DNA of 64,000 bases from Octopus vulgaris (GCA_951406725.2 OX597824.1:10540001-10604000), one strand, 5' to 3'; counted from the stretch's first letter, positions 12,030 through 25,991 are shown. A program made the numbers and translations. The notes: a model not told the origin generated them from the sequence alone.

Positions 12030-12692
12030 ATGTATGTATGTATGTATATATGTATGTATGTATATATGTATGTATGTATATATGTATGTATGTATATATG
12101 TATGTATGTATATATGTATGTATGTATGTATATATGTATGTACGTATATGTATGTATATATATGTACGTATATGTATGTATATATATGTACGTATATGTA
12201 TGTATATATATGTACGTATATGTATGTATATATATGTACGTATATGTATGTATATATATGTACGTATATGTATGTACATATATGTACGTATATATATGTA
12301 CATATATATATTATATATATATGTACGTATATATATATGTACGTATATATACGTACATATATGTACGTATATATAGTACATATACGTATATATGTACATA
12401 TATACGTATGTACATATATGTACGTATATATATTATGTACGTATATATATATATATGTACATATATATATATATATATATATTATATAATATATGTACAT
12501 ATATATGTACATATATGTACATATATGTGTATATATATGTACATATATGTATATATATATGTACATATATGTATATATATATGTACATATATGTACGTAT
12601 ATATATGTACATATATGTACGTATATATATGTACATATATACATATATGTATATATATGTACATATATGTACGTATATATATGTACATATAT
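12030..12692. repeat. TATG/TA microsatellite grading into a 24 bp minisatellite (gtacgtatatgtatgtatatatat)
   Basis: Direct inspection. Confidence 0.95.
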
Positions 12693-12895
12693 GGTCGCTC
12701 TGAGTGCTACTGGTAACATGTAATCCAGTGCAACCTGTCGCATGGTCGGGTCGTCAGTGACTAAACTGGCAACCCCACCAGGCTTGCTTGGTGAGGAGGG
12801 TGTTGTTGGACACCCTGCGAGATGAAAAATAAAACCCATCAAGGGGGAACTCCTTTACAGTCGACAGCCATCCAACAAAATATCTGTAAATATGT

Positions 12896-12939
<44 letters not shown>

Positions 12940-13072
12940 AATGGAGTTGAATGCAGATGTTATTCAAATTCTTTTACTTGCATGAATTTTGCTATCCTAG
13001 TAACAGTTTATTGAATTTTCCATGTTAACAGTAAACAAAGGATAATTCATTCATCCATTTATATATATATAT

Positions 13073-13490
13073 CATCATCATCATCATTTAGCGTCCGCTT
13101 TCCATGCTAGCATGGGTTGGACGGTTCAACTGGGGTCTGTGAAGCCAGAAGGCTGCATCAGGCCCAGTCTGATCTGGCAGTGTTTCTACGGCTGGATGCC
13201 CTTCCTAACGCCAACCACTCCATGAGTGTAGTGGGTGCTTTTTACGTGCCACCCGCACAGGTGCCAGACAGAGCTGGCAAACGGCCACGGACGGATGGTG
13301 CTTTTTACATGCCACCGGCACGGGGCCCAGGCGAGGCTGGCAACGGCCACGATCGGATGGTGCTTTTTACGTGCCACCGGCACGGGGCCAGGCGAGGCTG
13401 GCAATGGCCACAAACGGATGGTGCTTTTTACATGCCACCGACACGGAGGCTAGTCGGGGCGGCGCTGGCAACGGCCACGATCGGATGGTT
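13073..13490 (-). mobile_element. Family A retroposon with about 4 internal units
   Basis: (atc)n tail and tandem ggtgctttttacgtgccacc units. Confidence 0.9.
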
Positions 13491-14339
13491 CACTTACTTG
13501 TCACTTCCATTGATGTTGATTGACTTCGATTTTGGTTCTGCTTTCTGATATCTGATTTGATTTTGATTTTGATTTTTTGATTTTCACTTGCCTCAACGGG
13601 TCTTCACAAGTGGAGTTTTGTGTCCCAAGAAGGAAAGGTATGTATAAGTCGACTGGCTACATACCAGGTAGATGCCACGGGTTATGGTCTCACTAGTCTT
13701 AGACATTATTTACATTATCTACATTTATATATATTTGGTGGTTAGTGTATTATAAAGTTATATTATTAATCATGCTGTTATCATTTTCATCTGTAGTTTG
13801 GTAGATAAAACTAGTACAGAAATCCAAGATATTTGTGTGCATGTTTGTTGATGTAAAATTATGAATTATACATCGAATTGTATCTCTTTATGTTAAAACT
13901 GAGTCATTGGAGAGAGATCAATAAAAGAAATACCAAAATCAATACAATAAAATCAAACAATGAAAGGTAGTTGTCTGAGCATGGCTGCAGGGCAGTGACT
14001 GAAAGCAGTTAAAACCAGTTATGCTTCAATGATGTAGTTAAGATCCAGTTAGAGATATTCTGTCGAGGGATTTTTTTAGAATGAAAACACAATTATAAAA
14101 TGATTTTTGTGTCTTATGACCAAATACTAGAAGTCTCTTACTGAAATAATTTGTAATTGTAACATTCTGTAGCATTTAGATTTCTAAGATTTTTGTGTCA
14201 GTAACAAGGATTTTAATAGAATGGTGAAATTGATATGGTTGATGTTCAGTTTAAACATTTCTAGGTTACTGTCACCAGGAGACTTATTGAGTCAAGTACA
14301 TGAACATTGAAATAAATATCAATGGAAATAGTAGTTGTG

Positions 14340-14849
14340 ATACCTGTGCCGGTGGAACATAAAAAGCACCATCTGAACGTGGCCGATGCCAGCGCCGCCT
14401 TGACTGGCTTCTGTGCCAGTGGCACGTAAAAAGCACCATCCAAACGTGGCCGGTGCTAGCGCCGCCTTGACTGGCTTCTGTGCCAGTGGCACATAAAAAG
14501 CACCATCCGAACATGGCCGATGCCAGCCCCACCTTGACTGGCTTCTGTGCTGGTGGCACGTAAAAAGCACCATCTGAACGTGGCCGATGCCAGCACCGCC
14601 TTGAGTGGCTTCCATGCTGGTGGCACGTTAAAAGCACCAACCGATCGTGGCCACTGCCAGACTCCCCTGGCATGTAAAAAGCACCCTCTACACTCACGGA
14701 GTGGTTGGCATTAGGAAGGGCATCCAGCTGTAGAAACTCTGCCAGAACAGACTGGAGCCTGGTGCAGCCTCCTGGCTTCCCAGACCCCGGTCGAACCGTC
14801 CAACCCATGCTAGCGCAGAAAACGGACGTTAAACGATGATGATGATGAT
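14340..14849 (+). mobile_element. Family A retroposon with about 6 internal units
   Basis: Tandem gtggcacgtaaaaagcacc units and (gat)n tail. Confidence 0.9.
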
Positions 14850-16514
14850 CATCATCATCATCATCATTATTATTGTTTTAGTGTCCACTTTCTCATACTT
14901 GCACAGGCTGCACGGACTCTATTTAGACCGATATTTTTACAGCTGGCTCCTCTTTGTGATGCCATCTCATTTTGCCCAGTGTGCTAATGTTTCTGCCAGC
15001 TCACCGCCTTAAGAAGCTCGGCTTCTTTCAGTTTCTGTCTATCAAATCCACTCACAAGGCTTTAGTAGAAAACTAAAAGTGCCACACAGTGGGATTGAAC
15101 CTGGAACCATGTGATTGGAAACCAAGCTTCTTACACAAACCATGCCTGTGCCTATATGCTGACAAGTATGTTGTAAGGGTCATCCATTGCTAATCTTTTC
15201 TATATCATTTGAATTTTAGTGTATGTAATATTAAAACTAACAAAACCTCTTAGCAGTTGCTTGAATTCCTAGAAATAAGAGCCAAATCTTCAAATCCCAC
15301 CCTATAATCTTAAAAAGAAGTGAAAAATGAGGGACACATTAGATTGGGTAATGTTATTCTAGAAGCATTAACATCCAAGGATGGTCTTGGCTGCAGTGAC
15401 GTTGATCATGAATATGCTTTCTCAGGCCTGGCCTAGGGTTAAACAGCAGCAGCAGCATCTACTTGAAGCCTGAGAAATGTTTTTATGGCGTTACAAACAA
15501 TGGAGAGATGGACTACAAAGCTTATAAATTAATGCAATTAATAACTTAAATTTCCTGTGCACACAACTAAGAGAATATAATTGACATAGTTTCTAGATGT
15601 GGCATCGCTCTTGTGTAGGTGGTTGTTTGACATTAAGTGCAGTGTGAAGAATGGTTTACTATCTGAACAGAAAGATTTTATGCTTGATTTTTTTATTTAA
15701 GCAGACAGTTTTAGATAAGGATTGAGTGTAGACCCTACCTAGAGATCTTGTAATATCTAATGCATAATTAATCATGCAGTAGTTACTAATGTTTTAAAGT
15801 TTTAATCGCTTACCAACAAATTTAGTATCAATTTTTTTTTTTCATTCTTAATTATTTTTGTGTGAATGCTTATGATATAAGTAGTTAAGTTAGTGTTGCT
15901 AATATATTTAATGTTAGGATCATTAAAATACCAGCGAGAAATAATTATGCAGTGAGAGCGTAAAAAAAAATATTAGTCAATAGTTAATGCAATTATCATT
16001 TTTGGGGAGTATGTAGAGAAAGCAACTTTTCGGTCTTATTCTGACCTCATTAGCAAATCATGGTCTTCTTCGTATTTGCCAAAAAGTGATAAGAGGCTTA
16101 ATAGGTAAATATGCAAGATTGCACATTGGTTGACTCGCAATTCAAAATGGATTATCAGCTCTTTTATCCTTTATGCTTTGCTGTTTACTCGTTTCATTAG
16201 ATTGTGGCCATGCTGGGGCACCGTCTAGTAAGGTTTAGTTGAGCAAATCAACCCTAGTACTTATTTTTAAGTATGGTATTTATTCTGTCAGCCTCTTTTG
16301 TCAAATTGCTAAGTTACAGAGACATAAACAAACCAACACTGTTTGTCAAGTAACAGGTGGGGGGACATACACAAGAACACACACACACACACACATGGTA
16401 GGCTTCCACACAGTTTCCGTCTACTAAATTTCACCTACAAGGCATTGGTCAGTCTGGGGCTATGATAAAAGACATTTGCCTAAGGTGCCATGCTGTGGGA
16501 CTAATCCTGAAACT

Positions 16515-16828
16515 CCTCTTTCTTTTTTCACCCTTTTCAAGCCTAGCCAGGCTCATGGGCCCGGTTTCCCAGTTTCTGTGTCATGTGTTCCCCCCAGCTG
16601 GACGGGACGCCAGTCCATCGCAGCATTACTCAAGAAACAGGAAGAGAGAGTGAGAGAAAGTGGTGGCAAAAGAGTACAACAGGATCGCCACCACCCTCTG
16701 CCGGAGCCTCGTGCGGCTTTTAGGTGTTTTCCCTCAATAAACACACACAACATCCGTTCTGGGAATTGAAACTGCGATCCTCTGACCGCAAGTCCGCTGC
16801 CCTAACCGCTGGGCCAATACGCCTCCAC
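16515..16828 (-). mobile_element. tRNA-derived SINE family D with 12 bp TSD, nested in an old SINE C
   Basis: TSD aatcctgaaact at 16503-16514 and 16829-16840. Homologous to 37444-37749. Confidence 0.9.
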
Positions 16829-17167
16829 AATCCTGAAACTATATAGTTGCAAAGAATGTATAAAAGAGAAATTGATTATTTTAACTTATTTATTGTTGTA
16901 GTTTTTATTATAGCCATTTAGACAAGATGGTTTATTTATTTGAGCAATTACTTTTTTCTTTTGTTTTACAGCTGAAATATATCCTTATTAGTAATCCCAT
17001 CAAATAAAATTTAACTGTACTTTTAGTTTGACATCTATAGAAACAGAATTTGTAGGCTCTTTAACCCTTTTCATACCAATCTGTCTGAGATTGCCTCTGG
17101 TTCCATGATATAAACTTATTTAAATTGCTTTAAATTTAAATCTTCCAACAAAATTTCTTAGTGGCTG

Positions 17168-17258
17168 GGCAAGTGTCTTCTACTATAGCCTCGGGCCGAC
17201 CAAAGCCTTGTGAGTGGATTTGGTAGACAGAAACTGAAAGAAGCCCATCATATATATG

Positions 17259-17299
<41 letters not shown>

Positions 17300-17506
17300 T
17301 TATGTGTCTGTTTGTCCCGCCCCCCCAACATCGCTTGACAACCGATGCTGGTGTGTTTACGTCCCCGTAACTTAGCAGTTTGGCAAAAGAGACCAATAGA
17401 ATAAGTACTAGGCTTACAAAGAATAAATCCTGGGGTCGATTTGCTCGACTAAAAGGTGGTGCTCCAGCATAGCCACAGTCTGAAACAAATAAAAGAGTAA
17501 AAGAGT
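17168..17506 (+). mobile_element. SINE family C, 5'-truncated
   Basis: Match to family C body and tail. Confidence 0.85.
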
Positions 17507-17904
17507 TCATTTATGTCCCAAACACCAGATCAACCATTTAGCATCTAGATTACTTTGTCAAATGTAATGCTTATTTATTAATGTTGCTTAGAGTAATTAA
17601 TGCATTATCTTGTAGCTTCAAGATTTTGATGGTAGGATTTTGTTTTGAGAATGACATTGTAGATTAGGTGTGAGTGGCTAAATCTGTCCAGTTTGAACAT
17701 AAAACAGGTCAAGTATTTAGGCCTGATATGGACGGTTTAAATGCTAAAAGGGTTAATTATGATGGAGTTATTTTTTCTAAGTTCTTCATTATTTTAAAAG
17801 TTAATTGAAAGTAATGCAGCGTATTTCAATAGAAATAGGGTAAGAAAAAGGTTAACCAATTTGATGCCAATCCAACTGAGACTTCTGATCCTATGATACT
17901 CTCT

Positions 17905-18308
17905 CTTTATTCTTTTACTTGTTTCATCCATTTGACTGTGGCCATGCTGGAGCACCGCCTTTTTACTCGAGCAAATCGACCCCAGGACTTATTCTTTGTA
18001 AGCCTAGTACTTATTCTATTGGTCTCTTTTGCCGAACCGCTAAGTTACAGGGAAGTAAATACACCAGCATCGGTTGTCAAATTATGTTGGGGGGACAAAC
18101 ACACACACAAACGTATACACACTCACATACATATATATATATATACGATGGGCTTCTTTCAGTTTCCGTCTACCAAATCCACACAGAAGGCTTTGGTCGG
18201 CCCGAGGCTATAGTAGAAGACACTTGCCCAAGGTACCACGCAGTGGGACTGAACCCGGAACCATGTGGTTGGTAAGCAAGCTACTTACCATACAGCCACT
18301 CCTACACC
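17905..18308 (-). mobile_element. SINE family C, full length
   Basis: Match to family C. Confidence 0.9.
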
Positions 18309-18701
18309 TATGTAAATTTCCTATTTAAAGTGATCTACTTTTAAAATCATCCATTAAAATTTCTGGTTAATTTGTCTTAATTTGTGGTTACTTTAATAAA
18401 ATAACTCCGTCACAAGTCATATGGTGTCTGACCATATTTTTAAACCATTTTGATGTTAAAGAAGGTTCTATTATAATTTTATAATAAAATATTATTAGGA
18501 ATTGTATAAAAAAAATTAAAATATTTTGTGTATTATAAAATATAATGTGTCTTGAATGGCAAAACAATGCAGAGTGGACTATAATTGTTATAATTAAATT
18601 ATCCATAGTCTGATATAATAATATTTCGGAATATAAAAAATTCCTTCTCCAGATATCATGTCACTGCTATAATTGGTTTTGTGTATTGTAGAAGTATAAC
18701 C

Positions 18702-18927
18702 TATTTCTTTACTACCCACAAGGGGCTAAACACAGAGGGGACAAACAAGGACAGACAAACAGATTAAGTCAATTACATTGACCCTTGTGCGTAACTGGTA
18801 CTTATTTAATCGACCCCGAAAGGATGAAAGGCAAAGTCGACCTCGGCGGAATTTGTACTCAGAATGTAGCGGCAGACGAAATACCGCTAAGCATTTCGCC
18901 CAGCGTGCTAACGTTTCTGCCAGCTTG
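18702..18927 (-). mobile_element. SINE family B
   Basis: Reverse complement of 5767-5997. Confidence 0.9.
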
Positions 18928-19021
18928 CATAACCAATTTATTGCAGATAAATTTTAACAACAAAATCTTATGTGGATCCTAGTTGAGAACTTCTAGTCCA
19001 ATTGTTTTCAAGCACTCAAGC

Positions 19022-19210
19022 GGGTGGCACGTAAAAAGCACCCACTACACTCACGGAGTGGTTGGCGTTAGGAAGGGCATCCAGCCGTAGAAACACTGCC
19101 AGATTTGACTGGGCCTGATGAAGCCTTCTGGCTTCACAGACCCCAGTAGAACCGTCCAACCCATGCTAGCATGGAAAACGGACGCTAAATGATGATGATG
19201 ATGATGATGA
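19022..19210 (+). mobile_element. Family A retroposon, short
   Basis: One unit plus the (gat)n tail. Confidence 0.85.
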
Positions 19211-19870
19211 AGACAGTGCTCTCCTGACTATATTCAAATTCAGCCTTACTTCCATCAGCAAGGATAGGTCTAAAGTAGTTTTAACTATTCTCATTGTCTA
19301 CTTGAATTAAGTATGCTAATAGTTATTCTCCTAAGAGTTCATTAACTTATATCTGTTTATAGTACATAAGAACGATTATTTCAGTAGATATACTTCAAGC
19401 TGATCATAAACCACTTTTATCAGTTGACTCCAAACAAGAACAGTCTGAACCGTGAACTTCTAATTCTTAAGTGATCAACTACCGTTTTGATGCTTTTGGT
19501 CGGTGTAGATCGGAAGCATCTTGCTTGGAGACGTGATCATTGGTGGAACGTTGCCAAGTTTTCTATCATAGAATTTCATAATCACAAGCACAATCATAGT
19601 TACTTTTCTTCCATACATATCTCATTATCGTTAATATTTTAACACTCACTCTTCATATGTACTATTACAGCATGTGCCAATCCTCTTACACTGTTGCTAT
19701 CTTGTCTATGAGACTCAGTGTACTGCTGTCTGGCATTCACTTAAACTTGTAGCTGTTAATACAAAATTATGCAACACTTAGATTTAAACATCATTCAGTA
19801 TCCACATCTCAGTATCATGCAGCAATACACTTCTTAGACTCAACCAGCTACCCCCATCTCTAGCCATCTG

Positions 19871-20299
19871 GAATCTTTTCGATTTGAACAGCAGTTTTTA
19901 ACATAATTTCTAGGTAACTAAAAAAATTTTAAACTTCGTATACCGGTAGAATGTGTTTATAAAACATCTTTTTCTCTTGGCTTCATTGAGAAAATTCTAT
20001 AGTTTGTAAGATATTTGTTGTTTTTTTTTCTTCGATTTCTGCAATTTCAACCAATCACTGACGTCCATTGAGGTAAACAACATTCTGTGCCGTATGAATA
20101 TGTCCCTCGTTTAAGAAACAGATTGGGTTTATTTACATTTGTAAAGAAAAAAAGATACCCTTACCCCCATCCCTAACCCTAACTAACCCTAACCCTAAAA
20201 CAGATTGAAATGCAATAGATCAATACTAGGGTCATAATTATGGGTGACAATTTCATATGACACCACTAGAAAAAACTGCCATTCAAACGGAAAAGATCC
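19871..20299. mobile_element. MITE with ~29 bp TIRs, 8 bp TSD and internal (CCCTAA)n
   Basis: TIRs gaatcttttcgatttgaacagcagttttt / aaaaactgccattcaaacggaaaagatcc; TSD gccatctg / gccatatg. Confidence 0.8.
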
Positions 20300-20429
20300 G
20301 CCATATGTTACACGCTCTTACAACTCCCACCCCTTCCTGATCTACTGTCCATACTTTCTCTTATACTTACTTCCTTGTTCCTTGACAGTTTTGTTTTGAC
20401 ACTACATCACCACCATCTTATTTTCTTCC

Positions 20430-20791
20430 CACATGGTTCTGGGTTCAGTCCCACTACGTGACACCTTGGGTAAGTGTCTTCTACTATAGCCTTGGGCCGA
20501 CCAAAGCCTTGTGAGTGGATTTGGTAGACGGAAACTGAAAGAAGCCCGTCGTATATATGTGTGTATATATATGTATATATATGTATGTTTGTGTCTGTGT
20601 TTGTTCCCCCCAACATCGCTTGAGAACCAATGCTGGTGTGTTTACGTCCCCGTAACTTAGTGGCTCGGCAAAAGAAACCGATAGAATAAGTACTAGGCAT
20701 CCAAAGAATAAGTCCTGGGGTCGATTTGCTCGAGTAAAAAGGCAGTGCTCCCGCATGGCCACAGTCAAATGGCTGAAACTAGTAAAAGAGT
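20430..20791 (+). mobile_element. SINE family C
   Basis: Match to family C. Confidence 0.88.
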
Positions 20792-21431
20792 ATTAAAAAA
20801 AATATTGTTCCTGGTATTTGTAAAAAGCTAATGCTCTAAGATAGATTTAGATTAAAATACTTAGTAGTATACAAATATATTTTATGACCATTATTTTACT
20901 TTATTTTATATGTTTTATTTTTTTTATTTTATATTTGTTTTTGTTTTTAATTATTGACACTCATGCTTAGAAACATAAATATATTTAAATTCAGTCTTTT
21001 CTTGAACCTGTGAATCCCTCATATATCAAAAATTACACTGGATTTTTATAATTTCATCACAATGAATTTTTATAATCTTATTATGGATAAGAATTGAAAC
21101 AATTGTATATAATTTGTATTTAGAATATATTATTTATTATATTATATAATAATAATATAATAAAATAATAATAATAATATTATTATTATATAAATATAAT
21201 ATAATATTATCTTAATATATTTTTGAACTGACAATTGTATATCTCCATTTTCTTTTCATTTTCATCAATTTAATATGTACCTATGTGAATTGTAAAATTT
21301 TTCTCTACTAAATTGGGTATTAAACAGTCGAGCCAGTGAAAGATTGGATGATTTCATCCCTATTTTCATTGTATTGGATTTAATTTAAATATATATATAT
21401 ATATATTATATGTGTATGTGTGTGTGTGTAT

Positions 21432-21579
21432 GAGTGGCTGTGTGGTAAGTAGCTTGCTTACCAAGTACGTGGTTCCAGGTTCAATCCCACTGCGTGGCAC
21501 CTTGGACAAGTGTCTTCTACTATAGCCTCCAAAGTCTTGTGAGTGGATTTGGTAGACGGAAACTGAAAGAAGCCCGTCG

Positions 21580-21624
<45 letters not shown>

Positions 21625-21808
21625 TTGTCCCCCACAACATCGCTTGACAACCGATGCTGGTGTGTTTACGTCCCCGTAACTTAGTTTGGCAAAAGAGACC
21701 AATAGAATAAGTACTAGGCTTACAAAGAATAAGTCGATTTGCTCGACTAAAAGGTGGTGCTCCAGCATGGCCGCAGTCAAATGACTGAAACAAGTAAAAG
21801 AGTAAAAG
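21432..21808 (+). mobile_element. SINE family C inside a TA/TG microsatellite
   Basis: Match to family C. Confidence 0.88.
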
Positions 21809-21845
21809 ATATATGTATGTGTATAAGTATATATGAGTCTGTGTG

Positions 21846-21884
<39 letters not shown>

Positions 21885-22118
21885 ATTTATATGTATGTAT
21901 GTATGTCTGTCTCCTTGTTTTGACTTTGTGATTGTTGTAAATGTCATTCATTTCCAATATTCTGTGAAAATCTCAATCACGAACCTGCACCCAGCTCATG
22001 CAAACTTAGAAAAGTAGTTGTTAGAATGATGACCCTGATCATGACACAAGAGAGAGAGAGACTATAGTAGTGCTGATTAGGAATATCAACATTATGACTA
22101 AAGAGAAATACCTTAGAA

Positions 22119-22741
22119 AAGTGGTTCCTAAACTATGGGTCGCGAACGGAGTCTTAGTGGGTCGCAAAAAGTTATAAAATTACGCATTAGCTTTGATTAA
22201 CTGCTGTCTATCGAGATAGTTCAAGACTTATGTTTTCAATACCAGACTATAACCCCTTTCAACCTGACGTGACGACTGGAATATCAACAAAAGCCGATGA
22301 GGAACTTATCGGTTTATCCGAAGACTCTTCCTTGAAAATGACTTTTAACACCCGAAAATTGGTACAGTTCTGGGCATCTCTTCAAACCTCGTACCCAATC
22401 ATTTCCACCGAAGCATTAAAAGTACTTCTCCCTTTCAGGTCATCTTATATTTGTGAAGCTGGATTTTCAGCAATGGTTGGGATTACAAGCAAATAATCGA
22501 AATAATCTGCAACTCTCAAATTCTCTACGCCTGAAACTATCACACATTGAACCTGGTGTTTATTCTATTATTGAGCAAAGCAAGAAACAGGCTCATCCTT
22601 CTCACAGGCCTCACTGAAGATGTAATCTGAAATAAATTTGTTAATTTCATTAATGTTTTTAACTCAGTAGAGTTAAGTGGGTCGTCATAAACTGGTGTGA
22701 TAAATAGTGGGTCGCAACTCTAAAAAGTTTGGGAACCACTG
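22119..22741 (+). mobile_element. Internally deleted hAT (Charlie/Buster-like) transposon retaining the C-terminal dimerisation domain
   Basis: TIR (c/a)agtggttcc(c/t)aaact; perfect 8 bp TSD ccttagaa at 22111-22118 and 22742-22749; peptide FWASLQTSYPIISTEALKVLLPFRSSYICEAGFS. Confidence 0.92.
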
Positions 22742-23694
22742 CCTTAGAAACATTACATTGTTAGTGGTGGCGATGATGATGATGACGATGATGATTGATC
22801 AATGGCTTAAATGGTGGAGTATGTGTACAAGAGTATTTCAGGCAAATATTGTTTTAAAATAAACATGGAATAAGAAATGATAAACAAATTTCGTCTAAAG
22901 GAGATGCAGCCATTATTAAAAGCCAACACAATTGTTTGGAATTAAAAGTACTTAAGATCCAGCAAACCCCAATAAGAAATAGCAAATACTTTTAAGTATT
23001 TGTCTAGATTAAGAAATCAGAAAAATATATTCGTCTTCACATCAAATGGCTTTATTTGTGTAGGATTGAAGTAAGACCTGCTTAATCTCGCTGTATTATG
23101 ACGATGATTGATTTTTGTGTCAAAAATCAATTATAGAAATCAATTACAGAATATCAGAGTTAATGGCTATAGAATTGTACTAAAAGTGAGATATTTGGCA
23201 TGAACATTCTTTATAAAATATTTGGCATGAAATGTTTTTGTAAGACTAACAAAAAGGCAGCCAGTAGTAACGAAATATTTTGTAACCCAAAGATAAAATC
23301 TTTGAGTTATGAGACAAAACCGATAAGTCTTTTAGTATGAAAGATCTGCCAAGAAAGGTTTGTAAAATGAGATAAATGGAATATGCAGCTCATGTTACTT
23401 AGCTATGTAAAGAATGTCTATAAATACCTTTGCCTGATCCCCTAAATAGTGTTTCTTGGATTGGAAGTGATTGCAGGTGGGGGTGGTGATTTTTGCTTGT
23501 TTGTTTGGTCTTAGGATCTGAGCAAAATATAATTTGGAGAAATGTCCCAATTACTAATCTGTTGAGTGGATTGATGGAATAGCTTTTGAATTTGGACTCT
23601 TTGATTTTAATTTTGGTTTCTGCATACATTAATTCCTATTAGCTCTTTAGCATTCATATTACTCTGTCAAATGTAATTCTTATTTATTCACATT

Positions 23695-23995
23695 CTTCAT
23701 CTTCATCTTCATCATCATCGTTTAACATCTGCTTTCCATGCTAGCATGGGTTGGACGATTTGACTGTAGACTGGTGAACCAGATGGCTGCACCAGGCTCC
23801 AATCTTGATCTGGCAGAGTTTCCACAGCTGGATGCCCTTCCTAACACCAACCACTCCGAGAGTGTAGTGAGTGCTTTTATGTGTCACCGGCACGAGGGCC
23901 AGTCAGGCATTACTGGCAACGACCTCACTCAAATATTTTCTCACGTGCCAGTAAGGCGACACTGCTAACGATCATGCTCAAATGTTGCTTTTTAC
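23695..23995 (-). mobile_element. Family A retroposon nested in MITE M2
   Basis: M2 sequence is interrupted at cacatt and resumes at about 23996. Confidence 0.8.
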
Positions 23996-24479
23996 ATTAT
24001 TTTGAATTAATCATGTATTATCTCATAACTTCAAAATTTCAATGATATCACTGTTTATTCTTAGAATAACATTGTTGGGTAGGTGTGAGAAGCAAGATGT
24101 GGCTGGTTTAAATGCTAAAGGATTAATCCTTTAGCATTCAGATTATCCTGTTAAATTTAATGCTTATTCATTCACATTGTTTTGAATTAATCTCAAAGCT
24201 TCAAGATTTCAATGTGATTTTTTTTTTTTAGAATGACATTCGAGGGTAGGTGTGAGAGGCTGGATCTGGCCAGTCGGAACATAAAACAGAATATTTTAGG
24301 TTGGATATGGTCAGTTTAAATCTATCAATCTGTTTCTCAATCTGGTTTTGTCCCTTTCTATTCTATATAATACTGTTCTCTCAAAGCAAAAATTGAACTT
24401 TACTCCTTTAAATAAATACGTGGTCTGATCAACAAGTACCTGGACTGTTGCCATAGTAAGTACTTACACATGCAGTACT

Positions 24480-25115
24480 GTTATGGGCAACCATAAAGGT
24501 TTACCCATGAAATGAAAACAAATTTTATAAAAAGGGACATTTTACAAATGCAAAAGGAACATTTATTAGCTACTGCTTTCAAAGACAAAAGACAGGTTTT
24601 ATTTCTGTCTACTAATGGACAACCTGGTCTTGGTGCCAAGGGGAAACCCCTAGTGAATATTTATTATAACAAATATATGGGTGGGGGTTGATAAATCTGA
24701 CCAATATCGGGCATATTACCCAGTTGGTTGATCTGGGAAGAAATGGTGGAGGTACATTTTGTGGTTTTTAGTTAATTTAACTATAGTTAATTCCTATATT
24801 GTATATGTAAAAAGCCACAAGGTAATTCTGCCACCAAAGAGCTACAACCATTTAAAATTTCGGGTTGACATCAGATCTCAGTTACGTGAGGGCTTTTCTT
24901 CCAGAAAGCACAGAACTGGGAGAAAAGCAAAATTAACTGAGGTGGATGGCATTTTATAAAGTTGAAAAGGTAAATGGAAGAAAAAATGTTTGCAGACTGT
25001 GTTTGCTGCAAAAAAGAAAAACTGCAAAAGGGTATCAGATTAAGACTTCATACATGTGTTCCTTTTGCAAAGTACCCTTATGTCAAGGGTGCTTTGGGCA
25101 GTTTCATGACAGAAA
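24480..25115 (+). pseudogene. Decayed piggyBac transposase 3' half
   Basis: Broken frames read VLFLST, YNKYMG-GVDKSDQ, KKWWRYILWFLVNLTIVNSYI and a C-terminal CSFCKVPLC..CF..FH Cys-rich domain. Confidence 0.8.
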
Positions 25116-25970
25116 TATGTCATAACTATATTATTTTGTAATTATATTATTTTATCATATATTCCTTTTCATTTTATTATTAATAATATGTGAAAGTGAG
25201 AAATACATATTAATTTTCAGTATGTTATACACCTGTATTCACCTTTGTCTCACCTGTTAATGAGTTTTTTTTTTATTAGATGTATTCTGTTATGTAAATG
25301 AATTCATTAAATTCTATAAGAGTACATAGCCAATAGTATATTGACTAGTAAAAGAATTTTGTACTTTATTTTCAATGAAAATGTTTGAATGAAATATAGA
25401 GAGAGAATAAAATCTTGTACCGATTACACCTGTATTTTAATTAATTCAAATTAATGTACCTCATCTTGAAAAATGTAAAATTGTTGGCGGTTGACATCTG
25501 GGATAATTTTAGTAACAAATCAAACAGGTAAGATGTATTAAGAATCTGAATTTTAGTGTTTATTCATAATGTTACACCTGTTAATTAAATTTACCTGCCC
25601 ATAAAAGTCAAATTTAATCAGAAAGATCAACTAAGATTATGTAACTATAAACTACCCATTTACAAAATTTCAAATCTGTATGTAGAAAATTAACAAAGTT
25701 ACAAGCAAAGATTGTGGACACCCAACTTGAACCTGAATAAATCAGAATTAATGTGAACAGATAAGCATTACATTTGATAAAGGATTAAAAACAGATTCAG
25801 AGACCTGTCCTATAAAATGGTAATAATTGTGCTTTATATAGAAATTAACTGTTGGGATTTTGTCAATTTCTTTTTTAAATAACCAAAATGTGTACCAAAG
25901 TAATTGTTTTGAATAATTAAAGCCAGTGATTTATTTGTCTAAACTATTTGACTTGCTCATTATTAACCAA

Positions 25971-25991
25971 CTTTTTTTTTTTATTTGGCAG
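25971..25991 (+). promoter_or_regulatory. Splice acceptor upstream of the coding exon
   Basis: Polypyrimidine tract ctttttttttttatttggcAG|G 39 nt before the ATG. An in-frame TAG two codons before the ATG supports 26031 as the start. Confidence 0.7.

Noticed and set aside
10641-12842. 733 aa ORF as a full protein with a Y/I/T/H-rich N-terminus
   Set aside because: The N-terminal ~270 aa is stop-free microsatellite plus unrelated flank. Only 10641-12029 is LINE coding sequence.
16950-17000. Possible upstream 5' UTR exon of the 26031 gene (pyrimidine tract + cag near 16970; possible donor near 16105)
   Set aside because: Such signals are common by chance in AT-rich DNA; RNA evidence is needed.
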